DNA of 63,675 bases, the filler included, from Octopus bimaculoides (taxonomy: Eukaryota), in NCBI RefSeq assembly GCF_001194135.2. It is 5 parts of 4 records of this genome, joined end to end, with 100 filler letters (N's around TTAATTAATTAA, not from the genome) between each part and the next. Parts side by side here need not be neighbours in the genome. Positions count along the whole stretch, not along the records: positions 27,309 to 38,768 come from NC_068983.1; positions 38,869 to 48,317 come from NC_068983.1; positions 48,418 to 63,675 come from NC_069002.1; 2 more parts are not named here. The stretch is one strand, 5' to 3'. Each line of letters opens with the position of its first letter. The stretch's first letter is position 1. The notes below the pieces were generated by a model. That model saw nothing but the letters and a program-made list of their open reading frames with translations. It had not been told where the DNA came from and searched no databases. Shown piece by piece: positions 36,835 through 49,464 of this stretch. A program made the position numbers and the translations under genes.

Positions 36835-38399
36835 ATCAATTCATTAATAATATCATTAATGCCAGAATCACCAACTGGAATTCAGTCTGTCCTAAATACT
36901 AGAGATTTCTCAAGATAATTTTTAATTATAGGCGCACAGAACTCTTTTATATCGAACTGCATGAATTTCTAACGGTTTTTATTATCTATATTACTGCACT
37001 ACTTGAGAAATGATAGGTTATTATTCCATAATTGAAGAGAAGTGACCCGTTTAAAATTTTAAATGATGAGATGTAAAATATATTTACTGACGCTATTAGA
37101 TTCTCTTCTCCGAGATTTATTAATACACGTCTGGGGTTACCTACAAAATTATCCTTTTACCTGGAAAAGTAATGTGTGGCTCTCATAACGCTAAAGTTTC
37201 TACTCTATAGTTTATTTTTAGGCTAATAACAATTTATTTTGCTCCTAAATTAATAGCTTGTTTAGTGCTAACATTGTTTTTATTGACACTGTCGGTATTA
37301 TTGGAAAGGTATGTGTGGTTATGTGCTGTTCTCAGCTTATTTAAAATGTTTGTTTTTATCTGGAGAGCAAGGAGCGTATTCAGGGAATTTTTGCAATTTT
37401 TATCAAATCTTATGCATCATTTATATTGAAAGTTAGATTAGTTTTTAAACTTACGCTTTACATTTTACTGCACATGTCACATTGAAAGGGTGGTTAAAGA
37501 ATGAGTATGCTCGAAGTATAATGGATAATTTTAAGCTAACGAGACGAATAATTCCGTCTTAAATGCTCTGATCCTATGTCAGCTACATCAGAACTACGTT
37601 TTGTTAAATAACTCGAGAGAATGCCGTCTGCATTGTTCAGTAGTAAAATCTACCTCGAATTACACCATACCATCTTGAAAAGTGTGGGAAGTGTGGTTAA
37701 TGTGAAACTAAATACGCAGTGCTTCAATAAAGAATGCAAAGCCAGGGTTTGTTCAATCGTGTCATACAAATATTTAAACCAGAACAATAGAGACAAATAT
37801 TAGAGTTTGATAAAAGCAAAGCTTGTCGTCATTGGCCAGCTCTTGAAATAAGATCAGTTCAGATAAGTATATAAGTGTAGATAAGTAGATAAATAGATGT
37901 ATGGATATATGTATATATATGTATGCACATACACACACACATACATATACATATATTATATATATCTATATATATTCATTCTTTTATATANNNNNNNNNN
38001 TATATATACATATAAATATATATAAATATACACACAAATCGGGTGCAACATAAAATGTAAGCCTAAACATTTTGATCATTTATGTGGAATACACAATTTG
38101 TTGAATACACTTAGCATACTAAATACTTATATGCTACAAATTTTTATCAAAAATCTTATACTTATGTTTCTTCTTCTTGCACCAACAACGATATAACGTG
38201 TTCAGGCTAATGACATGAAGTCTGATAAGAGATACATAGATATTTCCAATCAACAGAAGCCATAGCATTTTCAGAAGCTTTTGGATTCTGTCCAAGCAAA
38301 TTTGCATCTAATAAAAAATATTTACTTCAACTCCTTTGCCATTTAATAGTTACAACATGCTTGCTTATAAATGTTTTGCGTATGCATATATATACATAC

Positions 38400-38768
38400 A
38401 TCCATATACACCCATATACATCCAAAAGGGAGACCAGAAAGCTTAACCCTACATACACATAATCCACCGAATACCAACAGGACTCACAAAGAGAGAAGTC
38501 CGTATATTCCTTCTGCTCCCCAAAAAAGGCTATATGCAGAGGCTGTACGAACTGCAGTAGCTGAGCAGCAAGCTTTTTTAAGCATGGCCCAGAAAATGGT
38601 ACATCAGTTAACATGGATGCAGAGGGTACAGAGTCAACACCACATGAACCATTATCCAAGACCACCACAGATGATGGATCAGGGATGGCCACCGCTAACA
38701 CCAGGAACCCCTGCACAGATATCACACTCATATTCCTACTGAATATCCGGGGCCTATTACGAACAGGC
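38400..38768 (+). mobile_element. APE-type LINE (CR1/L2/Jockey-like) ORF1 C-terminus and ORF2 N-terminus
   Basis: One frame reads ...KRLYAEAVRTAV..QMMDQGWPPLTPG...SYSY*, with the (S/L)YAEAV ORF1 motif. An overlapping frame ends ITLIFLLNIRGLL, typical of the first APE strand (LLNIRGL). Cut by the gap. Confidence 0.6.
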
Positions 38769-38868
38769 NNNNNNNNNNNNNNNNNNNNNNNNNNNNNNNN
38801 NNNNNNNNNNNNTTAATTAATTAANNNNNNNNNNNNNNNNNNNNNNNNNNNNNNNNNNNNNNNNNNNN
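38769..38868. other. Artificial 100-bp gap with TTAATTAATTAA linker
   Basis: 44 N + 12 + 44 N. Confidence 0.95.
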
Positions 38869-39316
38869 TATATACATATATATGTATATATATATATGTG
38901 TGTGTTTACATGCATACGTACATACATTCACATGTATGTACACATATATACATATACATATGTACAAAACTAGATGCATATATATATATATATATACACC
39001 CATATTATATGTGTCTGTGTGTGTCAGTGTGTCAGTGTGAGTATGCATGCATATGTCTGTGCGAGTATATATGTGTGCGTTGTATGTGCGTGTAAGCATG
39101 CACCCAAACATGCACACACACATATCTGTATACACATGCATATATATGTACATATATACGCACGCACACACACATATATATACGTACACATACACGCAAT
39201 AGTATGCTCACGCTCATACAACCACATACATATGCAAATGTATACATGAATGCATATCCAAGATTTTATGCACTCACACATGCACACATATACACATATA
39301 TACATACACACGCATG

Positions 39317-39348
<32 letters not shown>

Positions 39349-40678
39349 CACATATATAGTTTCATCTCTCTCACTGTATACATACGTACATACATACATA
39401 TATATATATATATATAATATATATATATATATAATAAAATAATAATAATAATAATAATAATAATCTATGTGTTTCTATGCGATATTGCTTTAATCAATAA
39501 GCTGATTTATTTCTGAAAAATATGGGCCTAGTAATACATTCATACAACTATAAAGGGGTGATGTTAACTTAGCGGAACATGGGGCGCATCATTTGAATTT
39601 CAGGAAGCTGAGTTCGGTGTAATTATTTATTTTTTTATTTTTATTTTGCTTTGTTCATATGAATATGGTGTGCCAATGGTCTAAGCAACGTTCCCAACTC
39701 CAGCTACATTGATGTTGTTATCGCGATTAAATAGTTGGAAGTCAACCACTGTAGAAAAAAACCATGTATCAGAAGAAAACCAGAGAAAGAAGTCATTTTG
39801 AAAAGGAAGACATGGATCTGTTTAGTGTAATATTTGAAATATTGGTCTGTTTTCTCTTTTTTTTTTAAATAAAAAAAAACAAAAGAAAATATCAGGAGTG
39901 TCAAATNNNNNNNNNNNNNNNNNNNNNNNNNNNNNNNNNNNNNNNNNNNNNNNNNNNNNNNNNNNNNNNNNNNNNNNNNNNNNNNNNNNNNNNNNNNNNN
40001 NNNNNNNNNNNNNNNNNNNNNNNNNNNNNNNNNNNNNNNNNNNNNNNNNNNNNNNNNNNNNNNNNNNNNNNNNNNNNNNNNNNNNNNNNNNNNNNNNNNN
40101 NNNNNNNNNNNNNNNNNNNNNNNNNNNNNNNNNNNNNNNNNNNNNNNNNNNNNNNNNNNNNNNNNNNNNNNNNNNNNNNNNNNNNNNNNNNNNNNNNNNN
40201 NNNNNNNNNNNNNNNNNNNNNNNNNNNNNNNNNNNNNNNNNNNNNNNNNNNNNNNNNNNNNNNNNNNNNNNNNNNNNNNNNNNNNNNNNNNNNNNNNNNN
40301 NNNNNNNNNNNNNNNNNNNNNNNNNNNNNNNNNNNNNNNNNNNNNNNNNNNNNNNNNNNNNNNNNNNNNNNNNNNNNNNNNNNNNNNNNNNNNNNNNNNN
40401 NNNNNNNNNNNNNNNNNNNNNNNNNNNNNNNNNNNNNNNNNNNNNNNNNNNNNNNNNNNNNNNNNNNNNNNNNNNNNNNNNNNNNNNNNNNNNNNNNNNN
40501 NNNNNNNNNNNNNNNNNNNNNNNNNNNNNNNNNNNNNNNNNNNNNNNNNNNNNNNNNNNNNNNNNNNNNNNNNNNNNNNNNNNNNNNNNNNNNNNNNNNN
40601 NNNNNNNNNNNNNNNNNNNNNNNNNNNNNNNNNNNNNNNNNNNNNNNNNNNNNNNNNNNNNNNNNNNNNNNNNNNNNN

Positions 40679-40724
<46 letters not shown>

Positions 40725-41135
40725 GTATGCATGTGTCTATGTGTGAGACGTCCAATGATGCACGTTTTTTAGCTGCAAAACCTTTCAATGCCATTTATAT
40801 CAATAGAATCCATTTGGACGATTACGTGAGTAAATCTAGAAAAACTCCACCTGCATTTAGCTGGATGTGTATATAAAGAGTGAAGGGGAAATAGGTTGTA
40901 GCTTTTAGTATATTGACGCAAAAGCATTTTTTTCTCATTGTTATGATCTTGATTTTGAAAGGTGCACTGATTCGAAAAGTTGATCATATAAGAAATAATG
41001 TTAGTTAAAAGTAATATGAGAGCTATGATATAGATGACGAGTCTAAGGGAGACTACCAACAAGAAGGAAGAGCGGAGTAGCGATTTTGTTCTTCAGAAGA
41101 CATAATAAGATGCTAGGAAATAGGAGACAGTATAC

Positions 41136-41400
41136 GTGTGAACATTTCGATTCCCAGACCGGGCGTTGTGTGTGTTTATTGAGGGAAAACACCTAAAGCT
41201 CCACGAGGCTCTGGCAGGGAGTGGTGGCGACCCCTCTTGTACTCTTTCGCCCCCAACTGTCTCTCACTCTTTCTTCCTGTTTCTTGAGTAAAAGCTGCGA
41301 TGGACTGGCGTCCCATCCAGCTGGGGGGGGGGAACACATACGCCATGGAGACCGGGAAACCGGCCCTATGTCCACAAGGGGCTAAGAGGATTTTAGAAGA
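41136..41400 (+). mobile_element. tRNA-derived SINE family D (V-domain-like core)
   Basis: B-box TTCGATTCCC, then CTGCGATGGACTGGCGTCCCATCCAG(G)n..GGAAACCGG, which resembles V-SINE central domains. Confidence 0.65.
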
Positions 41401-41419
41401 TGCGTGTGAACAAGAGGTT

Positions 41420-41745
41420 GCAATGTGTTTGAGAGTCGCAAGACTGCTTGCACTAACCTCTCTAAAGCGAAAACCCTCAAATCGGCAACATGGGAATGTA
41501 GGTTTCCTGTAGATTTGGTCATATGTCAGATATTTGGAGTTACGAATGCGGGAGAAGTATTCAAGTTTTACGAGGAGGTTATTAATTGTTGCTTCCGTCA
41601 CATTTGAGACATTAGCCCTGAGTGATAGGGTAAGAGAGGGAGAGGGATTACCACTCTTGGGATCGGAATGAGACGATTGGGCGTAGCTGTCTGGAAGCAG
41701 AAGATCTGCCACAACCTGTTTGTCGACAGTAGTTTCTGGCACTTT
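41420..41745 (+). mobile_element. Decayed APE endonuclease N-terminus of an RTE/CR1-type LINE
   Basis: Allowing one frameshift: KTLKSATW/NVGFL, then QIFGVT and RLGVAV, resembling LKIATWNVRTL...DILGISE...GVG. Confidence 0.4.
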
Positions 41746-41769
41746 AGGTAATAACTAATACAAGAGTAA

Positions 41770-41906
41770 TACCTGCATTTCAAAGGACAAGCCTTGACAC
41801 GCGTGTCTGTGGAGCGCTCAGCCACTTGCAAGTTAATTTCATAAGCAGGCTGTTCCGTTGATCGGATCAACTGGAACCCTCGTCGTCGTAACCGACGGAG
41901 TGCCAG
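41770..41906 (-). mobile_element. Family E repeat 5' end, internally deleted
   Basis: Minus strand TGGCACTCCGTCGGTTACGACGACGAGGGTTCCAGTTGATCCGATCAACGGAACAGCCTGC..GTGGCTGAGCGCTCCACAGACAC; second copy at 27590. Confidence 0.6.
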
Positions 41907-42300
41907 TTTTTATATGGAAGCTGTTTGCAGTTTCTACCCTCTGTAGAGCGAATACGACTTGACTCTCTCGATAACAGCGCAATATTCAATGGAAGCCAGT
42001 CCAGCTGTTTTCTGGTATTAAGTATTGAATGTTTGTATAGTCATATATAGATTGCACATATGTATATATGTAAATGTATGTGAAAGCACACACACACACA
42101 TTTATACATGAGGTCACATATGAACAGGTATAGTGAATGCAGTGTGATCAGTCTTATAGGCAAGCGCATTCACCTTACCCACATGCACTCACACAAAGGA
42201 TCTGGCGAACAAAATATTTCTAAGCAAATGACACCATAACCCATACAGTGTGGGTGCCCGCATATGCTTACAGGCGAGTGTATACACAAAAGTAGGTGCA

Positions 42301-42387
<87 letters not shown>

Positions 42388-42439
42388 ACACACACACACT
42401 CAATATTCATCTGTGCATACGCATCAAAATTTTGAAATA

Positions 42440-42625
42440 TTTATATTACTCTGTTTTAAACGTTTCAGTCATTTTATTGTGGCCATGCTGGAACACCACC
42501 TTTAGTCGAAGAAATCGCTGCCCACCCAGGACATATTCTTTGTAAGCCTGGTTTCAGAGATATGAACACACCAATATCGCTTGCCAAACGATGGTGGGGT
42601 GACAAACATAGACACAAAGACACAA
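42440..42625 (-). mobile_element. SINE family B, 3' half
   Basis: TTTCAGTCATTT..GTGGCCATGCTGGAACACCACCTTTAGTCGA..ATTCTTTGTAAGCCTGG. Confidence 0.8.
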
Positions 42626-42869
42626 CGGGGTCACACAGGAGAGCGAAGAAGAAGGGGAGATAATAAAGTAGCGCTGATCCTAAAACGAAGGTGCGCATGC
42701 GTGTGTATGTGAGAACGTGTATGTGCGTGTGGATAGGCGCTGGTTACCTTGACGTGTGCGTGTGTGCATGTGTAGGTGTGGGTGCTGGGAAGTGATACAC
42801 ATATATATACATATATATATATACATGCACACACTGACACGCACGCACACACACACACACACACATATA

Positions 42870-43480
42870 AGCGTAGGAGTGGCTGTGTAGTAAGTAGATT
42901 GGTAGGTCGATAAATTAAGTACCAATTGCATACTAGGGTCAAACTAATCGGCTGGCCCCCTCCCTAAAAATTTCAGGCCTTGTGCCTAGAGTTGAAAAGA
43001 ATGAAGGCGGCGAGCTGGCAGAAACGTTAGCACGCCGTGCAAAATTCTTAGCGGTATTTCGTTTGTCTTTACGCTCTGAGTTCAAATTCCACCGAGGTCG
43101 ATTTTGCCTTACATCATTTCTGATTCGATTAAATAAGTACCAGTTACACACTGAGGTCGATGTAATCAACTTAATCCCTTTGTCTGTGCTTGTTTGTCCC
43201 CTCTATGTTTAGCCCCTTGTGGGCAATAAAGAAATAATTATTTTAAGGCAGCGAACTGGCAGAAACGGTAGCATGCCGTGCAAAATGCTTGCCGGTATTT
43301 CGTCTGCCGTTACGTTCTGAGTTCAAATTCCGCCGAGGTCGACTTTGCCTTTCATCCTTTCGGGGTCGATAAATTAAATACCAGTTGCGTACTGGTGTCG
43401 ATGTAATCGACTTCATCTCTTTGTCTGTCTTTGTTTGTCCCCTCTATGTCTAGTTCCCCCTCAGGGGCAATAAAGAAGTA
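42870..43480 (+). mobile_element. Head-to-tail SINE array: B-head/A-tail chimera + two full family A copies (tail type 2)
   Basis: B head at 42870-42899, A 3' half at about 42905-43002, A copies at about 43005-43236 and 43246-43480, both ending TTTGTCCCCTCTATG..CCCC..GGGCAATAAAGAA. Confidence 0.9.
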
Positions 43481-44561
43481 AATACGTCAGCATCATGAAA
43501 GAGGAGAAATTTCATTTCCAGTATGTCAGTATCCTGTATACATACTGTAGAACAACTGAAGGTCAAGTCGCTACTATAGTACACAATAAACGGAAGTGTT
43601 TGTAGGTTCAAATCCAGTTGCCGGAACATATTTCTATCCTTGTTTTTGACGATCCTTTGTGACTCACCCACTGTATTACTGTAAGTACGCAACTCTAAAG
43701 CTGAGTAGTTCATTGTTTGACGCAATACTATCAAATCTATGATTGTTTGTCTCATTTACTTAAACAAATTGTTTAGGTTCCTCCTTGGGACTTGGTAACA
43801 ATAAACCAAAACAAGAAAAAAAAAACACAAAACAAAACATCAACAAAAGAACATTTGATTATATAACGATCACTTTAGAAATGCGGAACCGAAAACGAAT
43901 TAATACACATCAATATATATTAATATACATTAATATACATTCAGTTGTTAGCAGGTTATTTGCAGTTTAGAGATGGAAAAAAATTCGACCATGTTTTATT
44001 TAAAGTCCTTTAGCTTTGCATAAATCGTATTGGCTTTATATGGAATGGTTCTGTGGCTTTTATTAGTGAATGGAATTGAAATCAGCATAGGTCACATTAT
44101 AGTATTAAGTTCGTAAGATCTACTTTTATGTCATCGCTATGAAATGTTTCATTGAGCTTATAGAACGATTTCATAGTATTTGCTAGTAAGTCGGACCAGT
44201 GACCAATGTCACTGGTGAATCTCTTGGCATTTGTTTTACCATTCTGATATACAAAGGAAACATCATATTTCTTTAGCCTTAAAACTACTCCTTAATTTCA
44301 ATAAACTGTTACTCACTGGATCGAAAAAAATATTGTTTATGAAATGCTCAGAAGTAAGAATTTAAATCTGTGATGTCAAACATCAAAGGAGAATTTAAGA
44401 GAAAAAAGTAAGACGTTGAAAAGCAGCTCTGTGTTGTTTAAATGATTTGCTGTCCAGCGAGAATCCTACAGTAAAATGAAAACTTCTTGATGTCTCTTTA
44501 CTAAACAACTTATAGCCTTGTATCTACAAGTAAACCATTGATTCACCACATCGAGAATAGA

Positions 44562-44602
<41 letters not shown>

Positions 44603-45534
44603 AGAGAGAAAGCAGCAGCAAGGGATTTAACGAATGTAAACGAATACTTTGTGCCGTAAAGTAAAAGTTTAAAACTTTAAATAACAAAGCGAAAACGTAT
44701 TGAAGGATCACCCTTTAGAAGCAAGCACAAAGAAAAGGAAACAGAAATGCAATAAACCAAATCAATCATAGAGATAAAAAGACCCTTTAAAAATATAACT
44801 GTATAACAGTAATATATAAAAAAATGATAGCAATATTACTGGACCCTCCTAATTCCACAGACAATAACCACTAAAACGTAATGGATTATAACGGTTTAAA
44901 AGGAAGAATTTGCAATGGTTGTAAGGACAATGACCATGGAATGGAACTTTGGTTGTAAGGAGGGGAATAATTTGAGTTAATCGAAAGCAATACTTATCAA
45001 TAAATATTACCAAAAATTTACGCAACAATGCTCACGTTTTATAATCTATAGTTTTGTTGGTCTTGTGAAGGGTAACAAAACAAAAGCCTGCAAGACAAAA
45101 AGGATGGAGAATAACAACAGAATTTACAATGCTATCAAATAATAGACGGCAGAGTTCTGTCAACTCTGCTCCAAATGTAGTTAGTTATATTAGATAGAGG
45201 AACTGGTAAGTTAGACATATATCGCAGAGATATACTGTACAAGTAATATGCCGGGCATCGTTTTTAGGAGAATGGTTTCAAAGAATATAAAACAAGCAGG
45301 AATTAAAATGGAAAAGTGAAGCTCATGATGTTCTTTTATTTTATTCTATTTCATTCTAATTCTGGGCTGCATCCATGCTATGGATTAAGTCGTTTATATC
45401 GTAACGTTGTCAAGTACTTAGCTTATTGTTCTTTCTTCATCGAATGGCTACGTCCACTTCGGTGTAAATGAACGAAAAATATTTCGACACATCAGTTTAT
45501 GTCTAATTTCTTTTACACACACACACATTTTTTT

Positions 45535-45682
45535 GTCTCTTACGCGTTTCAGTCATTAGACTGCGACCAGCGGCCAAACTGGGGCACGGCTCTCAAGAAT
45601 TTTTTGCTGAACGAATCCATCCCCGTACATATATGTTTTAAATACGGGACTAATTTTATTGTGCTCTGTTATCGAACCGCTA
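45535..45682 (-). mobile_element. SINE family B, 3' part
   Basis: TTTCAGTCATTAGACTGCG..GGGGCAC..CTCAAGAATTTTT..TTATCGAACCGCTA. Confidence 0.65.
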
Positions 45683-45833
45683 TATATACATACAAATACA
45701 CTCATATAAGTGTAGGACTATATATTTACTTATACTTTTCTAGCAAATACACATACATACATACATACATACATACATACATGTATGCATGCATGTGTAT
45801 ATCTATATATCTATATATATACATACATACATG

Positions 45834-45889
<56 letters not shown>

Positions 45890-46498
45890 NNNNNNNNNNN
45901 NNNNNNNNNNNNAGTGAGAGAGGAAGATACAGAGAGAAAGAAAGAAAGATATATACATAGATAGATAAAGAGAAACACATGTATACTTGTATACATACGC
46001 GCACACATATACAGTATATAACACCTGAATTACAAACACACCTACATACGTACATAAATACATACCTACATATATATATATATACATACATGCATACATA
46101 CGTACGTACATACATACATACATACATACATACATACACGCGCATAAACAGACGGATAGACACACATATAATGTACACGTTATAAAGATACGAGCTGCTA
46201 ATAGTTCTTTTGCGGTGAAGACAAGTGTATAGGGAAAATTTTATAACACGCCTTGTGTCTCCAAGAATTCTACAGGCTCTGAACACATGGTCTATTCTAT
46301 TTGAAAATCATGACGCTAGTACATGAGAAATCACGAGAAAAACCGAGAAGATTGGTACAAAAAGTAATTTTTTCAACATACCTTCATAAGCATGAATGGA
46401 TTTTTCTGGCAAACTCAAAAAGATTTGAAAACTTGTTGCGGTCTAACTTTCATGAAAATGGGCATGGGAATTCTTGAGGCATTATGAGAAGCCAAATA

Positions 46499-46733
46499 TA
46501 TATAATTCTTTATTGCCCACAAGGGGCTAAACATACAGGGGACAAACAAGGGCTGACAAAGGGATTAAGTCGATTACATCGACCCCATGCGTAACTGATA
46601 CTTATTTAATCGACCCCGAAAGGATGAAAGGTAAAGTCGATCTCGGCGGAATTTGAACTCAGAACGTAGCGGCAGACGAAATACCGGTAAGCATTTCACC
46701 CGGCGTGCTAACGATTCTGCCAGCTCGCCGCCT
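46499..46733 (-). mobile_element. SINE family A (tail type 2), full length with 14-bp target-site duplication
   Basis: Near-consensus copy flanked by TGAGAAGCCAAATA (46485-46498) and TGAGAAGCCAGATA (46734-46747). Confidence 0.95.
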
Positions 46734-47084
46734 TGAGAAGCCAGATAGATAGACGATCAAAGTGATCGATACGTGTCTTGTTCAAGAAAGATTTCCTGAT
46801 ACGCAAGGAATTAGCATGGTGTTGTAGTAACAAGCTTTAAATGATCTAGAATTCAGATATTTGGAAGATAACGTAGCTTGCCCCTTTTTTAGGGGTTGTC
46901 TAGCAAGTGTGATTCTGTTTCAGATTTGAAAGCTGGACAGCCAATCCACGAGACAAGGCAAAAGTGGACGGAGCTAAGATCATACTTATTAACGGTGTTG
47001 ATGTCCTTTTCCCTTGCATTTTCCTAACCACATTGCTGTCCAGAGGGAATCTGGTTTCCACAGCAGAACATATATTTTCGTGAT

Positions 47085-47945
47085 GCTATGCATGTCATTG
47101 TTCACTTTTATTTCAAGATTTCTTACCAATAGAGAAAGAACCGATTTCTAAACTAGATCCAAGGTATATATTTCAAGATCAACAATAGGCTATTTTTGTA
47201 TGTATGTATGTATGTATGTATGTATGTATGTATGTATGTATGTATGCATGTATGCATGCATGCATGCATGTATGTATGTATGTATGTTTGTATATATGTT
47301 TGTATGTATGTATGTATGTATGTATGTATGTATGTATGTATGTCAATGTTCAGTTTTATTTCAAGAATTCTTGCCAATAGAGAAAGAGTCAGTTTCTAAC
47401 CAACATCTAAACCTCCTCCATTAGAATTTCAACATCAACAACAGGGTATTTTTGTTTGTTTGTATATCATTATTCACTTTTATTTCAAGATTTCTTGCCA
47501 AGAGAGAAAGAAACGGTTTGTAACCTAGATCCAAGGCTCCTTCATTGGAATTTCAACATCAGCAACAGGGTATGTTTGTTTGTATGTATGTATGTATGTA
47601 TGTATGTATGTATGTATGTATGTGTGCATGTGTGCAGATTTGTATGTCTTGTTTATTGTATGCATTCTCATGCATATAGTTGCAATCTAGACATGCTCAT
47701 ATATGTTTAAATGATAAACTTCTGGAAAGTATTGCAAATTTTTACAGTTCCAGTGAAGGATTGGATCTGTAGTCTTCGAATTAGCGTTCTCTTTTCTGGT
47801 TTTGAGAAACCTAATTTCTCAAGGTTAGCATTTAGGCAGTGTGTTACATATCCCAGGTCCCCAATATTCATAGGTATAAATCTGAACTTGTAATCTGGAC
47901 AGGGTAATTGCAGATTTCTCAATAGTTCAGCATAGGTGTTCTCTT
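47085..47945 (-). mobile_element. RLE non-LTR retrotransposon 3' end embedded in (CATA)n, with three tandem 3'-terminal modules
   Basis: Minus strand ISEKENTYAELLRNLQLPCPDYKFRFIPMNIGDLGYVTHCLNANLEKLGFSKPEKRTLIRRLQIQSFTGTVKICNTFQKFII* (RLE C-terminus: IIIGALG...LQ..S.GT.KI). About 110-bp modules at about 47465-47575, 47340-47452 and 47090-47197, bordered by CATA/CAAA runs. Confidence 0.85.
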
Positions 47946-48317
47946 TTTCACTGATCTACATGCATGTATGTATGTATTCATGTATGTATGTATGTATGTA
48001 TGTATGTATGTATGTATGTATGTATATACGTATTTCCGCGCAATAGTGTTTTTATGTGTTTGATACGCTGATTAAAACAGATTAAAACACATTAACTTCA
48101 ATAGATTAAAAACATTAACAATGAAAATCTATAACTCATCGAATACGCATTAAAACGCATAACATATACTTAAATGGAAGTATATGCATGTGTATGTGTG
48201 TGCGTGTGTGTGTGTGTGTGCGTGTGTGTGTGTGTGTGTGCGTGGTGCTCCAGCATGACCACACGTTGAAACTAGTAAAAGGATAAAAGAATAAAAGGAT
48301 ATGTGTGAATGTGTGTG

Positions 48318-48417
48318 NNNNNNNNNNNNNNNNNNNNNNNNNNNNNNNNNNNNNNNNNNNNTTAATTAATTAANNNNNNNNNNNNNNNNNNNNNNNNNNN
48401 NNNNNNNNNNNNNNNNN
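48318..48417. other. Artificial 100-bp gap with TTAATTAATTAA linker
   Basis: 44 N + 12 + 44 N. Confidence 0.95.
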
Positions 48418-49113
48418 ATATATATTTACGTGTGTGTGTGTTTGTGTGTGTGTGTGTTTGTGTGTGTTTGTGTGTGTGTGTGTGCATGTATATGTATGTA
48501 TATATACTATTGTATATGTATACACACACAGATAAACACACATATATATATATAAATATGTGCATGCACATATGCATGTATGTGTATATATATATATTTA
48601 TACACACACACAGAAACACACGCACATATATATAAATGTATGTATATATGTATGCGTATATATATACATATTAATGTATTTACACGCTCACACAAATACA
48701 CGCACATGCATATCTATATATATATATAATGTTTATACAAACGGTATTTTAAAATACTTGCTATAGTAATGACTTCGTAGACAAGAATAAAGTTTAGTTA
48801 GCTTTGAAGGCTTTCTGAATAATACATAGTTCGAATAAAAATAAACAAGCTACTTAGAGACTCATAACAAGTTCACCGAAATATTACTATTCCTTATAAT
48901 ATAGAATGACTTACGTACCTTAGATACCTATTACATTTATTAGTTCTTATTACTTAGACTTTTATAATAATTATATTTTATTCTTCCACTAAATAGCACA
49001 CTACTGATTAGATTCCCGTTTATTATACATATTTCGACATTTTATCTAATATAATATGTTCTTCTCTCTTCTCCTTATGACGCCATATTGTCACGTGATT
49101 TATATATTTTAAA

Positions 49114-49145
<32 letters not shown>

Positions 49146-49404
49146 CTGTGTGTATGTGTGTGTATGTGTGAAAGAGAGAGACGGAGAGAGAGAGAGAGAG
49201 AGAGAGAGAGTATGTGAATCTGCGTGCCTGTGTGTGTGTGTACGTTTGTTTATGCATGTATGTGTAAGTGCGTGTATAACTACAGTACTTGTAAATCTCT
49301 AATTAATACACAATCCATTGTATAATCGCATGTAAAATATATATTGTCATATCTATCTAGCCTCTCTCTCTTTCTCTCGCTCTCTCTTTCTCTCGCTCTC
49401 TCTT

Positions 49405-49464
<60 letters not shown>

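Noticed and set aside
41176-41742. 188-aa minus-strand ORF
   Set aside because: It spans a SINE and the antisense of a decayed APE fragment, with no recognisable domain.
43606-43680. Candidate exon FKSSCRNIFLSLFLTILCDSPTVL, faintly like the ICL1/TM2 of class B GPCRs
   Set aside because: It lacks the conserved His/Asn, has a poor acceptor, and no intervening ectodomain/TM1 exons were found.
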